DNA of 64,000 nt from Arcobacteraceae bacterium (GTDB taxonomy: Bacteria; Campylobacterota; Campylobacteria; Campylobacterales; Arcobacteraceae), in NCBI GenBank assembly GCA_963662945.1, contig OY759974.1:1024001-1088000 (forward strand). The letters are read 5' to 3'. Under the pieces are notes generated by a model. It worked only from the letters and a program-made list of their open reading frames with translations, did no database searches and had not been told where the DNA came from. Every line of letters starts with the position of its first letter. Within the stretch, counting starts at the first letter, position 1. This document shows, piece by piece, positions 12,391-22,209 of this stretch. The position numbers and the translations under genes were made by a program.

Positions 12391-13026
12391 ATGCAACAAA
12401 AAGAACTTATCATTTTTGATATGGATGGTACCCTTATAGATAGTGGTGATGTTATTACTAACACTATAAACTTTGTAAGAAGTAACTTAGGACTAGAAGA
12501 AATTGAAAAACATATTATGCTTGAACAACTTAATAATCCAGACATTAACTCAGCAGAATACTTTTATGGTACACAAGAATTTACAACACAACAAACGGAA
12601 CTTTTTACAGAATACTATAATAAAAACTGCGTAAAAGATATAAAACTTTATGATGGAATTGAAGAACTCTTAGATTCTTTACAAAAAGATTTTAAACTTA
12701 CTATTGCAACAAATGCTTCAAGAGATTTTGCAATAAGGATGATTAAACATCTGAACATAGATAAATATTTTGATATTGTGATTGGTGCATCATGTGTAGC
12801 TAAACCAAAACCACATCCTGATATGGTCTTAAAAACATTAAGTGATTTACAAATACATCATCATAAATCTATACTTATAGGAGATAGTTTAAAAGATATG
12901 AGAGCTGCACAAGCAGCTAATGTAGATAGTATCTTAGTTGATTGGGGTTTTAGTAACTATGAAAATCATAGTAATACTATAAAGAGTTCAAATGAACTTT
13001 TGAAAAAGCTATCAAGCTTAAAATAA
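12391..13026 (+). CDS. HAD-family hydrolase (phosphoglycolate phosphatase-like)
   Basis: FDMDGTLIDS, ATN, KPKPHP, IGDS..D motifs. Confidence 0.9.
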   Translation: MQQKELIIFDMDGTLIDSGDVITNTINFVRSNLGLEEIEKHIMLEQLNNPDINSAEYFYGTQEFTTQQTELFTEYYNKNCVKDIKLYDGIEELLDSLQKDFKLTIATNASRDFAIRMIKHLNIDKYFDIVIGASCVAKPKPHPDMVLKTLSDLQIHHHKSILIGDSLKDMRAAQAANVDSILVDWGFSNYENHSNTIKSSNELLKKLSSLK

Positions 13027-13037
13027 AAATATTTATT

Positions 13038-13511
13038 TTAAGCTTTTAACTCTTCTTTATGAACAACGTTTTCAACATCCATAATAACTAGCATTTGATT
13101 ATTTTCAAGTCTTACAAAACCTTTTAAATATTTTGCAGGAATACCTGAACCCATATCAGAAACAGGATATAGCGAAGCAGAATCAAGTTTTTGTACATCA
13201 TCCACTTTATCTACAACTAAACCTAACATTCTATTATCATTTGTTATAACTGCAATAACTGCTGTATTTTCATTATATTCGATTTTACCTGTATTAAATT
13301 TAATTCTTATGTCTAATATTGGTACAACTTCCCCTCTTAAATTAATAAGACCTTTTACCCATTCTTTTGTATTTGGTAAAATTGTTATTAATTCTGGATA
13401 AGTTAATATCTCTCGGATTTTAGGCAACTCTACTGCGTATTTCATCTCACCTAAAATAAATGTCATATATTCATCTGAATTCATACTGTTAAACTGTTTT
13501 TCTTTTGCCAT
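13038..13511 (-). CDS. cheW: Chemotaxis coupling protein CheW
   Basis: YMTFILG, GLINLRGEVVPILD, GLVVDKVDDV. Confidence 0.93.
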   Translation of the reverse strand: MAKEKQFNSMNSDEYMTFILGEMKYAVELPKIREILTYPELITILPNTKEWVKGLINLRGEVVPILDIRIKFNTGKIEYNENTAVIAVITNDNRMLGLVVDKVDDVQKLDSASLYPVSDMGSGIPAKYLKGFVRLENNQMLVIMDVENVVHKEELKA

Positions 13512-13544
13512 TTTTATTCCCCTACTTTTAATTGTTATATTATA

Positions 13545-13937
13545 CTATTCGTTAGCTTTCCATTGCTTGTATAAAGCTTCATGTTCAGCAATCTCTTCTC
13601 TTGAAGGTTTTCTTCTACAAGATAGATATCCTTTACTTCCATCACAACTCTCAAATGGAAATACTGTTGCAAACACCCAATAGTATCCTCCATCTTTTGT
13701 TGCATTCTTTACATATCCTGTCCACACTTCACCTTTTTGCACTGTATCCCACAATGATTTAAATGCTGCTTTTGGCATATCTTTATGTCGTACCATATTA
13801 TGTGGTTTATCTATTAATTCTTCTAAAGAGTATCCTGCTATTTTACAAAAGTCATCATTTGCAAATTTAATTATCCCTTTTGCATCTGTTTCACTTACTA
13901 GGAATGCATAATCATCTAATACTGTTTCACCTGCCAT
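13545..13937 (-). CDS. Stand-alone PAS protein (Aer/CetB-like sensor)
   Basis: LVSETDAKGII.FAN..FC, PHNMVRH.DMP..AF..LW, W.GYVKN..KDG.YYWV: an Aer-type PAS signature. Confidence 0.88.
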   Translation of the reverse strand: MAGETVLDDYAFLVSETDAKGIIKFANDDFCKIAGYSLEELIDKPHNMVRHKDMPKAAFKSLWDTVQKGEVWTGYVKNATKDGGYYWVFATVFPFESCDGSKGYLSCRRKPSREEIAEHEALYKQWKANE

Positions 13938-13949
13938 ACTGATTCCTTT

Positions 13950-16124
13950 CTAGTTAAATTTCTTTGTTTGTGCATCTGACACTAGGTCATTTGCCATTTT
14001 ACTTACATCTTGTGCTATTGATGCAACTGAGTTTGCTTCACTTGCATTCTCTTGTGTTACTCTATCTAGCATAGTCACTGCATCATTGATTTGTTCTATT
14101 CCTGTCATTTGTTCTTTACTTGCACGACTAACATCTTCGATTAGTTCTATTGTTTGATTAAAGTTCTCATTGAGTGATTCATATCCTTTTATCATATCAT
14201 CACTTACTTTTTTACCTTCATTTGCTTTACTTGCTGCATTCTCTACTAATGTTTTTATTTCATTTGCTGCATCTGCACTTCTTGAAGCTAGGTTTCTTAC
14301 TTCTTGAGCAACTACTGCAAATCCTTTTCCAGCTTCACCTGCTGTTGCTGCTTCTACTGCTGCATTAAGTGAGAGAATATTTGTTTGGAATGCTATTTGA
14401 TCTATTACAGTAATAGCTTCATTAATTGCTGTTACTTGAGAGTTTATTTCATCCATTGAAGAAGATGTTTTACTAGCTAATGTCATACCATTAGAAACTT
14501 CTGTTTTTACACGGCTCCCTAATTCTGACATTTTAGAGGCATTATTTGCATTATTTCTTGTAATACTTGTTATCTCTTCTACTGCTGCTGCTGTTTCTTC
14601 TAAGCTAGCTGCTTGTTGATTTGCTTTATTTGCTAGGTTTGTTACACTTGTTGTCATTGTACTTGAGTTTGTTTGTAAGTGTTCCCCATTTGACAAGTTC
14701 TGTTTTGCGCTATTTGCTAGGGAGTTCCCTAGGGTGTTTACTGATTCTAGTACTATTTTCATATCAGCTTTTAAATTTGAGTCAATTGTCACTTTGTTTC
14801 TATAATCATTATGAGAATATTGCTCTAATGTTTCCCTTAATTGACCCATATCTCTAGCAATTGCATCTATCATTTTATTAATTGTTGTTGCTAAAGTTTG
14901 AATCATAGGATTTTTTGTTCTTGAATTAATTCTACAAGCGTAAATACCCTGTTCTACTTTATCAGTAGTAATAGTAATTTCTCCCATTACTTTCATATCA
15001 TCTTGTAAATGTTTTGTTACATTTAAAGCAGTTTCATTAAGTTGTTTAATCATCTCAGAAATTTCATCATTTCCTTCAACTTTCGCTGCAACATATCTAT
15101 TAATTTTAAATTGAGAAAAGGCTAAGAAAATTTGAAATTGCTTATTAAATCGTGCAATTCCATCTACCACAATATTTTTTACAACAATATGTGCAGTAAT
15201 AATTAAAGCAACTATCATTGCAATCATAACTACTAACATTAGTTGTACAATATATGTAGACTGATCTACTAAATCATCTATTGCGTGTATACTTTCTCCA
15301 ATTAAATACATACCGATTTCATTACCACTAATATCTTTAATAGGAACATATGTATAGAAATATTTTTCATTCATATACATACCTGTTGATTTCAAATTAT
15401 TAAAATCAATAGTTGCTGCATCCTCTTTAAATTTTTTATCTATTGTTTTTTGTGATATAAAATAATTTTGTACTTGCAACTCACTAGTAAGAGCATCACC
15501 TCTTTTATATTTTCCATCCATTAAAACTAATAATTCTCGTTTATCTTTTTTGAAATCTTTTACAATAGAATTAAACCCCATTATAAATTCTAATGAACCA
15601 ATATATTCTCCATCTTTTATGATTGGAGAAAGACCTCTCATAACAAGACCAGCTCGCCCAACTTCTATAGCAGATAAAGGTTTTTTTGTTTTTTTAACTT
15701 CAAGAATAGTAGCTCTAAAAGAAGATAAATCATCTCCAAACTTATCTAATTTCCAATTTCGCACAAATGAATGAACATTTTTATCATGAAGATGTACTTT
15801 AATATTTTTAAAAGGTGTTCCCTCTTTCATCGCATTTGATATATCTTTTAATGAATCAATTGCGATTTCTCTATTGTTAGTTAATAAAGCTTCTTTTATA
15901 GCCGTATTTTGGGAAATTGAGACTGCATTGGTTATACCTGCAACTTGTTTTCCATCTACTTGTTGAACCAACATATTTGATAAGTCATTTTTAGCATCTG
16001 TAAATACGTCTTTTTTAATATTGTTTATAATAAGATATCCAACCAATACACCAAACAATAAAAATACAATCGCAACCGTAACAAGTCTTTGTGCTATACT
16101 TTTACTCAGTGATTTTTTCATCAT
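13950..16124 (-). CDS. Methyl-accepting chemotaxis protein with periplasmic Cache-type sensor
   Basis: Two TM segments flanking a periplasmic domain; [37 protein letters not shown] signalling tip. Confidence 0.93.
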   Translation of the reverse strand: MMKKSLSKSIAQRLVTVAIVFLLFGVLVGYLIINNIKKDVFTDAKNDLSNMLVQQVDGKQVAGITNAVSISQNTAIKEALLTNNREIAIDSLKDISNAMKEGTPFKNIKVHLHDKNVHSFVRNWKLDKFGDDLSSFRATILEVKKTKKPLSAIEVGRAGLVMRGLSPIIKDGEYIGSLEFIMGFNSIVKDFKKDKRELLVLMDGKYKRGDALTSELQVQNYFISQKTIDKKFKEDAATIDFNNLKSTGMYMNEKYFYTYVPIKDISGNEIGMYLIGESIHAIDDLVDQSTYIVQLMLVVMIAMIVALIITAHIVVKNIVVDGIARFNKQFQIFLAFSQFKINRYVAAKVEGNDEISEMIKQLNETALNVTKHLQDDMKVMGEITITTDKVEQGIYACRINSRTKNPMIQTLATTINKMIDAIARDMGQLRETLEQYSHNDYRNKVTIDSNLKADMKIVLESVNTLGNSLANSAKQNLSNGEHLQTNSSTMTTSVTNLANKANQQAASLEETAAAVEEITSITRNNANNASKMSELGSRVKTEVSNGMTLASKTSSSMDEINSQVTAINEAITVIDQIAFQTNILSLNAAVEAATAGEAGKGFAVVAQEVRNLASRSADAANEIKTLVENAASKANEGKKVSDDMIKGYESLNENFNQTIELIEDVSRASKEQMTGIEQINDAVTMLDRVTQENASEANSVASIAQDVSKMANDLVSDAQTKKFN
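14320..14402. repeat. 83-bp near-identical segment shared by the two MCP genes (second copy 22853..22935)
   Basis: Manual alignment shows 3 mismatches in 83 bp. Confidence 0.85.
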
Positions 16125-16179
16125 TTCAATTCCTTTAATGAACTATAAGCTAATTTTATATAGTTTATCTATTTTTCTC

Positions 16180-17388
16180 TTAAGTATTAATAACTTTTTT
16201 ACTGATAACTTCACATTCTATAACAGTTTTTGAACTTTCTAAACAAATAATATCTTTTGGTTTTAAACTACTAATATCAATCATTTTATTATCTTTAGTT
16301 AACTGTACAAATCCTTTTTTATCTTTTTTCTCGGGATTATTCAGAAAAAAACTATTTTTTATTCTATCAATATCATCTTTTTTAACTTTTAATATTTGAG
16401 AATAAACACTATTAAATTGCTGTTTTAATTGTGTTATTGTAGCTTGTACAAGTTCAAATCTTTTTTGTAGTGAATAGTGTTCAAAACTACTTTTGATATG
16501 TTTTAACTGTTGCTCTTTTTGATAAAGAATTGTTTTAAATTTTTGATTGAAATCATTTACAAGAGTATCTGCATATATTCTCAGTTCATTTATATCCGGT
16601 GTAGCAATTTCAATTGCATTTGATGGAGTACTTGCACGAATATCTGCAACAAAATCTGATATTACAAAATCACTTTCATGCCCTACGGCACTAATAATTG
16701 GAGTAATAGCTTCAAAAATTGCATCTGCAACAATCTCTTCATTAAAAGCCCAAAGGTCTTCTATACTTCCACCACCTCTTCCAACAATAAGAAGAGATAA
16801 CTTAAGGCTATTAAGTGCTAATTTATCAGCTAATTTAATTGCCCTTACAATACTTTCTTTTGAACCTTCTCCTTGCACTAGTGTTGGAATAAGGATCATT
16901 TTTGCCAGAGGATATCTATGGTTTAGCACTTTTTTCATATCTTCTATTGCAGCACCTGTATTTGAGGTAACTACATAAATTTCTTCTGGAAATTTTGGAA
17001 GTTGTTTTTTGATTGATTTATCAAAATAACCTTTAATTTGTAATTTTGTTTTGAGTTGCTCGTATGCTAAAGCTAACGCACCAACTCCAGAAGGTTCAAT
17101 TTTTTGACAAAGAAGTTGATAATTTCCTCTTGGAGTATAAACTGTAATATTTCCACTAATAACTACTTTCGCACCAACTTCTAAACGAAATTTCAAATAT
17201 TGTGCATTACCTCGAAACATAACACAAGAGATATTCGATTTTTCATCTTTAATACTAAAATATATATGTCCACTACTATGATAAGTAAGATTTGATATCT
17301 CACCCTCTACATAAACTGAACTCAGTGTAGTTTCTAAAACAGTTTTTATTTGTTCATTGAGACTTGATACACTAATTGGTGAGTGCAT
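16180..17388 (-). CDS. xseA: Exodeoxyribonuclease VII large subunit
   Basis: VEGEISN, SGHIYFSIKD, GRGGGSIEDLWAFN, SAVGHESD, RASTPS. Confidence 0.96.
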   Translation of the reverse strand: MHSPISVSSLNEQIKTVLETTLSSVYVEGEISNLTYHSSGHIYFSIKDEKSNISCVMFRGNAQYLKFRLEVGAKVVISGNITVYTPRGNYQLLCQKIEPSGVGALALAYEQLKTKLQIKGYFDKSIKKQLPKFPEEIYVVTSNTGAAIEDMKKVLNHRYPLAKMILIPTLVQGEGSKESIVRAIKLADKLALNSLKLSLLIVGRGGGSIEDLWAFNEEIVADAIFEAITPIISAVGHESDFVISDFVADIRASTPSNAIEIATPDINELRIYADTLVNDFNQKFKTILYQKEQQLKHIKSSFEHYSLQKRFELVQATITQLKQQFNSVYSQILKVKKDDIDRIKNSFFLNNPEKKDKKGFVQLTKDNKMIDISSLKPKDIICLESSKTVIECEVISKKVINT

Positions 17389-18113
17389 TATATCTTTCTA
17401 GCTATAAATGTTGTACTCATATCCATTGAGTAGCCTTGAACAAAGATTGGTTCTAAGCCAACTTCTTTTAGCTCTTCAACCATTTGTTCAGTCGTAATAA
17501 AAGCTTCAATGGATTCTGGTAAATAAGTATATGCATCCTTATTTTTTGAAATTAATCCACCAATGTGAGGCATTAATTTATTCATATAAAACTTTGTTAA
17601 TTTTGCACAAAAAGTGTCTTTATCATTTTTAGTAAACTCTAAAATCACACAAAGTCCATCTTTTTTTAATACTCTTGAAAACTCTTTAAGTCCCTCTTTT
17701 CTTTGAACAACGTTTCTAATTCCATAAGATATTGATACTATATCAGCACAACTATCTTCTAAAGGCATTGACTCTGCCCCTGCTTCTATAAATGTTCTAT
17801 GTGGTATTTTCGTACGTCCTACTTCCATCATACCAACACTTGGATCAACTCCAATTATCTCATCCACATCAATCCCATTTTGTTTTGCTATATTTTCCCA
17901 ATCAATCATTAAATCACCAGTTCCACAAGCCACATCAACTATTTTTGTAATCTTTTGATGATTGTAAAGATTAAAAGCCATATTACAAGCTTTTTTTCTC
18001 CATATTTTATCTACACCCATACTTAAAATTCTATTTGCTAAATCATAAGTTTTAGCAATCTCATTAAACATTTTTACAATATCTTCTTGATTGTCTCTAT
18101 TTTCTTCTGCCAA
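17388..18113 (-). CDS. ubiE: Demethylmenaquinone methyltransferase (UbiE/MenG)
   Basis: MFNEIA..YDLANRILSMG, DVACGTGD, SYGIRNV, AYTYLPESI. Confidence 0.93.
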   Translation of the reverse strand: MAEENRDNQEDIVKMFNEIAKTYDLANRILSMGVDKIWRKKACNMAFNLYNHQKITKIVDVACGTGDLMIDWENIAKQNGIDVDEIIGVDPSVGMMEVGRTKIPHRTFIEAGAESMPLEDSCADIVSISYGIRNVVQRKEGLKEFSRVLKKDGLCVILEFTKNDKDTFCAKLTKFYMNKLMPHIGGLISKNKDAYTYLPESIEAFITTEQMVEELKEVGLEPIFVQGYSMDMSTTFIARKI

Positions 18114-18122
18114 TTTTTTACC

Positions 18123-18371
18123 TTATATTAAATATTTTGAAACTAATAGCCCTATAATAAATCCTATATTTAATGCTACTATTATTTTCATAAATTCCAA
18201 TTTTTTATCAGTTTGAGGAATGGTCCTTATAATTTTTTCTTGATCTATTAAAGTTCGTTCAAAATTTTCTGTTGCTCTATCAACTCTTTTAAGTGTTTGA
18301 GTAAGAGTCAACTCTGCTAATTCAAATCTTTCTGTTAACTCTTTTGCTTGTTTAAAACTCATATCACTCAT
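18123..18371 (-). CDS. Small hypothetical protein: coiled-coil-like region with a C-terminal TM anchor
   Basis: 82 aa, GGAT RBS-like motif upstream, hydrophobic tail IIVALNIGFIIGLLVSKYLI. Confidence 0.7.
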   Translation of the reverse strand: MSDMSFKQAKELTERFELAELTLTQTLKRVDRATENFERTLIDQEKIIRTIPQTDKKLEFMKIIVALNIGFIIGLLVSKYLI

Positions 18372-18390
18372 GATTGATAAATTCCACTCA

Positions 18391-19179
18391 TTATTTTATC
18401 TCTATCCATCTATCAAGTGTACAAAATATTCCATTGAGATTGTTAAGTACATAATCTTTTGCTTCAGTTTGTAATCTTCTAAAAAAAAGATATTTTAAAG
18501 CTGCTTCCCTATCACCCTTTTCTTTGGCTTCAACTGCTTTTTGTGCAAAATCAGTGTTATTATGTGCCATTTCCCAAACAGTACTTCCTAAATATCTACT
18601 CATAGTTATAACTTTATCATTTTTCACTGCAAAGTATTTCGGATCTTTTACAAAGTCAGTAATTGTTGAATCACTTCCAAGATATTTATGCCCAAAGAAA
18701 TTAATAAATTGTTCTTCTAAATAATCTTGTTCTGTTGATATTGCTCTATTTAAAGCAAAAAATAAATTGTCAGTTGAATTTCTTTCAATTTTTCGAAGCT
18801 TCTTCATAGTTGCTATTGCATTTTTTCCATCAAGTTCCCCATCACCCATAGGAACTATCCATTTTACATTATTAAAAGAACCAACTTTTGCAATTTCATC
18901 CAAAACTAGTGTAGAAGTTTTATTCCCACCTACATCAACTATTACTTGATGATTATCATCCATAAGAATAAGTTCATCTAATTGAGTAAGTTTATTTGTA
19001 CTAAGCATTTTTTTATTTACAATTTCAGTTCTTGTAAAACTTTGAGAATCATTGTTCTCATCATCTATCTCAATGTAAGTTATTGGTTTACCATGTTTTT
19101 TATATAAATATGGTGCAATAACTTGCATTGCTACAGTTGATTTACCAACGCCACCTTTAGTTTGGGGAATTATAATCAT
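18391..19179 (-). CDS. P-loop ATPase with deviant Walker A (ParA/MinD superfamily, StbB-like)
   Basis: TKGGVGKST at the N-terminus, YIEIDDEN, VIVDVGGN, WIVP, FALNR. Confidence 0.75.
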   Translation of the reverse strand: MIIIPQTKGGVGKSTVAMQVIAPYLYKKHGKPITYIEIDDENNDSQSFTRTEIVNKKMLSTNKLTQLDELILMDDNHQVIVDVGGNKTSTLVLDEIAKVGSFNNVKWIVPMGDGELDGKNAIATMKKLRKIERNSTDNLFFALNRAISTEQDYLEEQFINFFGHKYLGSDSTITDFVKDPKYFAVKNDKVITMSRYLGSTVWEMAHNNTDFAQKAVEAKEKGDREAALKYLFFRRLQTEAKDYVLNNLNGIFCTLDRWIEIK

Positions 19180-19220
19180 CTTAAAACCTTTTGATTATTT
19201 TTATTAATTCTATCTAATTT

Positions 19221-20033
19221 TTAATTTACTACAGCTTTTGAGATTATCTCTTCTTTATCATCATAAAGTTTTATTTTTAACCCTTCTGTTGCTTTGCCAT
19301 CTTCATCTAGTTCTATCATAACTATTTGCATAACAGTCTTACAATTATTAGGTACTTCAAAATGTCCACCTAATCCAGTAAGAGCTTTTTGAATAGGTAC
19401 ATAACTATCCATTCCTATTACATTATCTCTACATCCAGTAAGTCCAACATCAGTAACATAAAATGTACCCTCTGTAATCTCCAAATCATCAGTTCCTACA
19501 TGTGTATGTGTTCCACATATCGCACTTACTCGACCTTTTAGCATCTGCATTAGAATTCTTTTTTCAGCAGTTACTTCTGCATGAAAATCTATAAAAACAT
19601 ATTTAATTCCCTCTTTTTCTAAGCTATCCACTACTTCTAAGATATGTGTAAAAGGATTAAGGACTTGAGGCATAGTATACAGTCCCATAAGATTTATTAT
19701 TGCTAGAGATTTACCATTTACCTCTAGTTTTAATACTCCACTACCAGGAACATCTTGAGGATAATTATCTGGTCGTAAAACAGGTTTTGTTTCAAATAGT
19801 GTTAAAATATCTTTCTTTTTATCCCACGTATGGTTTCCACCTGTTATAACATCAATGCCACAATTAAAAAGTTCTTGTGCATTTTTAACTGTTAATCCAA
19901 ATCCATGACTAGCATTTTCTCCATTTGCAATAACTATATCAATTCCATGTTCAGATTTTAATCTTTCTAAATTATTTTTAATAATTTTTCTACCTGGTCT
20001 TCCTACTATATCCCCTATAAATGCTATTTTCAA
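19221..20033 (-). CDS. YmdB/TIGR00282 family metallophosphoesterase
   Basis: IGDIVGRPGR, ANGENA, TGGNH, DFHAE, GTHTHV. Confidence 0.93.
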   Translation of the reverse strand: MKIAFIGDIVGRPGRKIIKNNLERLKSEHGIDIVIANGENASHGFGLTVKNAQELFNCGIDVITGGNHTWDKKKDILTLFETKPVLRPDNYPQDVPGSGVLKLEVNGKSLAIINLMGLYTMPQVLNPFTHILEVVDSLEKEGIKYVFIDFHAEVTAEKRILMQMLKGRVSAICGTHTHVGTDDLEITEGTFYVTDVGLTGCRDNVIGMDSYVPIQKALTGLGGHFEVPNNCKTVMQIVMIELDEDGKATEGLKIKLYDDKEEIISKAVVN

Positions 20034-20042
20034 TCCTACCCT

Positions 20043-21800
20043 TTAGTCTAATTTTAATCTCACTTCAAAAACAGCACCTTCATCTTCATTATATGCTATT
20101 ATTGTCCCGTTTTGATCTTCTATAATTTTTTTTGCAATATTTAAACCAACACCAATACCACCATGCTCTTTAAAACTCACAAATGGTTCAAAGATATTTT
20201 CTAAAATTGATTTATCTATTCCTCCACCATTATCTTTAAACTTCACAAAAATTTCATCATTTGTACTGCTAATATCTATTGTAAACTTTCGCTTTTCAAA
20301 ATCATCAATATATATAAGTTGATCCAATGCATTTTTAATAATAACTATCCATACTTGCTCAATTCTTTGTCTTTGTACTTTTGCATTAAATACAAACCTA
20401 TTTTTATCTATATTCATATCAAATTTTTTACCATTTAAATATAAATTTGTAATTTGGCTTATAGAATTATGACTTACAATTAAAGCAGTAACAATAGTAC
20501 TATAAATATTAATTATTTCTTTTTTTTCACTTGCAACCTGAGAAACTTCTTTCATAGATTCAATAATATTGGCAATTCTATCAATTCCTTCTGATATTTT
20601 TATAGAGTCATTTTTCATTCTCGTTTTTATTTCACTTGATTCTAAATCATCAATATCATAATTCATCATCTCAAAATTACCTTTTATATAGGTAAGTGGG
20701 GTATTTATTTCGTGAGTGATACCTGCAGCTAAAGCCCCAATAGAACTTAACTTTGCACTTTCTAATTGTTCTTTTTGTATCATCTCTAGTTGTTTGGTAC
20801 TTTTTTCTACTTCTTGCTGAATTTTTTCATTAAGAGACTTATTTAAAGCTTCTAACTTTTTTTTATCTTCTAAAGAGTTGATTACAACAACAAAATTTTT
20901 TTTATCAGGTAACATATTTAATGAAAACTCTATATGAATTTGATTTCCAAATTTATCATCACAAACTTTTTCAACTTGAGCAACTACACCTGTTTTTCTA
21001 GCTATTTCTAAAGATTTTATCGTAATATCTTTATATCCTACACTTGACATTTCTATACAATTTTTTCCTATCATCTCTTCAGGAGTGTACCCAAAAAGTT
21101 TTGTATAATATCCATTGACACTTAAAAAATTACCATCTAAATCAATAGTTCCAATACCACTATTTGCAAATTTTATAATTGCATCAATCTGTTCCATTTT
21201 CAATTGAACGTTTTTTTTATCTGTTATATCTTGACGTATTGCACTATATCCGATAATAGTATTGTTATCATCAAAAATTGGCTCAATATAAGCCATAACC
21301 CAATAAGAAGCACCATTTTTTTTTCTATTTTTTACTTCACCTGACCAACTTTTTCCTGATGATATAGTGTCCCAAAGATTTTTAAATGCTTCTTTTGACA
21401 TATCTGGATGTCTTATTAATGAATGTGGTTTTCCTATTAATTCCTCTTTAGCATAACCAGAAATATCACAAAATGCTTCATTTGCACTAGTAATAACACC
21501 TTTTGTATCTGTTGTAGTTCTGATTATATATTTATCTACTAAAGATAATGACTTTTCTAGCTCTTGAGTTTTTAATTGTAATTTATTGTTGAGATTTTGT
21601 TGAGATTTTTTATTGTAATTTGAAAATATATAACTGAGAAAAAAAGAAACTAATGTTGAACCTATAAAAACAATAATAATAAGTTCAACATAATTTTCTT
21701 TATCAAAATGAGAAAATAAAAAATATGTAAAAACTGAAGTTAACCCACCAAGTATTGTAAATAAACCAAGAAGCTTCGTATTAAAATATAATTTTGACAT
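20043..21800 (-). CDS. Membrane-anchored PAS-PAS sensor histidine kinase
   Basis: Two N-terminal TMs, two PAS domains, H-box AGITHEINTPL, DNGGG, FEPF, GIGVGL. Confidence 0.92.
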   Translation of the reverse strand: MSKLYFNTKLLGLFTILGGLTSVFTYFLFSHFDKENYVELIIIVFIGSTLVSFFLSYIFSNYNKKSQQNLNNKLQLKTQELEKSLSLVDKYIIRTTTDTKGVITSANEAFCDISGYAKEELIGKPHSLIRHPDMSKEAFKNLWDTISSGKSWSGEVKNRKKNGASYWVMAYIEPIFDDNNTIIGYSAIRQDITDKKNVQLKMEQIDAIIKFANSGIGTIDLDGNFLSVNGYYTKLFGYTPEEMIGKNCIEMSSVGYKDITIKSLEIARKTGVVAQVEKVCDDKFGNQIHIEFSLNMLPDKKNFVVVINSLEDKKKLEALNKSLNEKIQQEVEKSTKQLEMIQKEQLESAKLSSIGALAAGITHEINTPLTYIKGNFEMMNYDIDDLESSEIKTRMKNDSIKISEGIDRIANIIESMKEVSQVASEKKEIINIYSTIVTALIVSHNSISQITNLYLNGKKFDMNIDKNRFVFNAKVQRQRIEQVWIVIIKNALDQLIYIDDFEKRKFTIDISSTNDEIFVKFKDNGGGIDKSILENIFEPFVSFKEHGGIGVGLNIAKKIIEDQNGTIIAYNEDEGAVFEVRLKLD

Positions 21801-21831
21801 ACAATCTAGTTTATCTACTTACTATTCTAAA

Positions 21832-22206
21832 TTATTTTGATAAAACTTCATTTATTTTAGTTTCGATTGCCTGTAATGAATCAAATGGTTTCATTAAATA
21901 ATGTGTTGCACCATGTTTATGCGACTTTAAAACTTTATCTAAAGTTGAATATGCAGTCATCATAATAACTTTTTGTTCAGGATTTTTATCCATTATTTTT
22001 TCTAATGCATCAAGCCCATTCATTTGTGGCATCATAATATCTAAAAGAACTATATCGTAAGTTTTATCTATAGTTTCAACTGCAGTAATACGATTAGAAA
22101 AAGTAGTCACTTGATATTTTTCACTTCTATTTAAAAATCGTTGTATCATACTTAAAATTTCATTTTCATCATCTACTACTGCTACTTTATATACATTCTT
22201 ATTCAT
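21832..22206 (-). CDS. Single-domain response regulator
   Basis: VVDDE, LLDIMMPQMNG, MMTAY, KPF; no output domain. Confidence 0.92.
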   Translation of the reverse strand: MNKNVYKVAVVDDENEILSMIQRFLNRSEKYQVTTFSNRITAVETIDKTYDIVLLDIMMPQMNGLDALEKIMDKNPEQKVIMMTAYSTLDKVLKSHKHGATHYLMKPFDSLQAIETKINEVLSK

Positions 22207-22209
22207 TGA

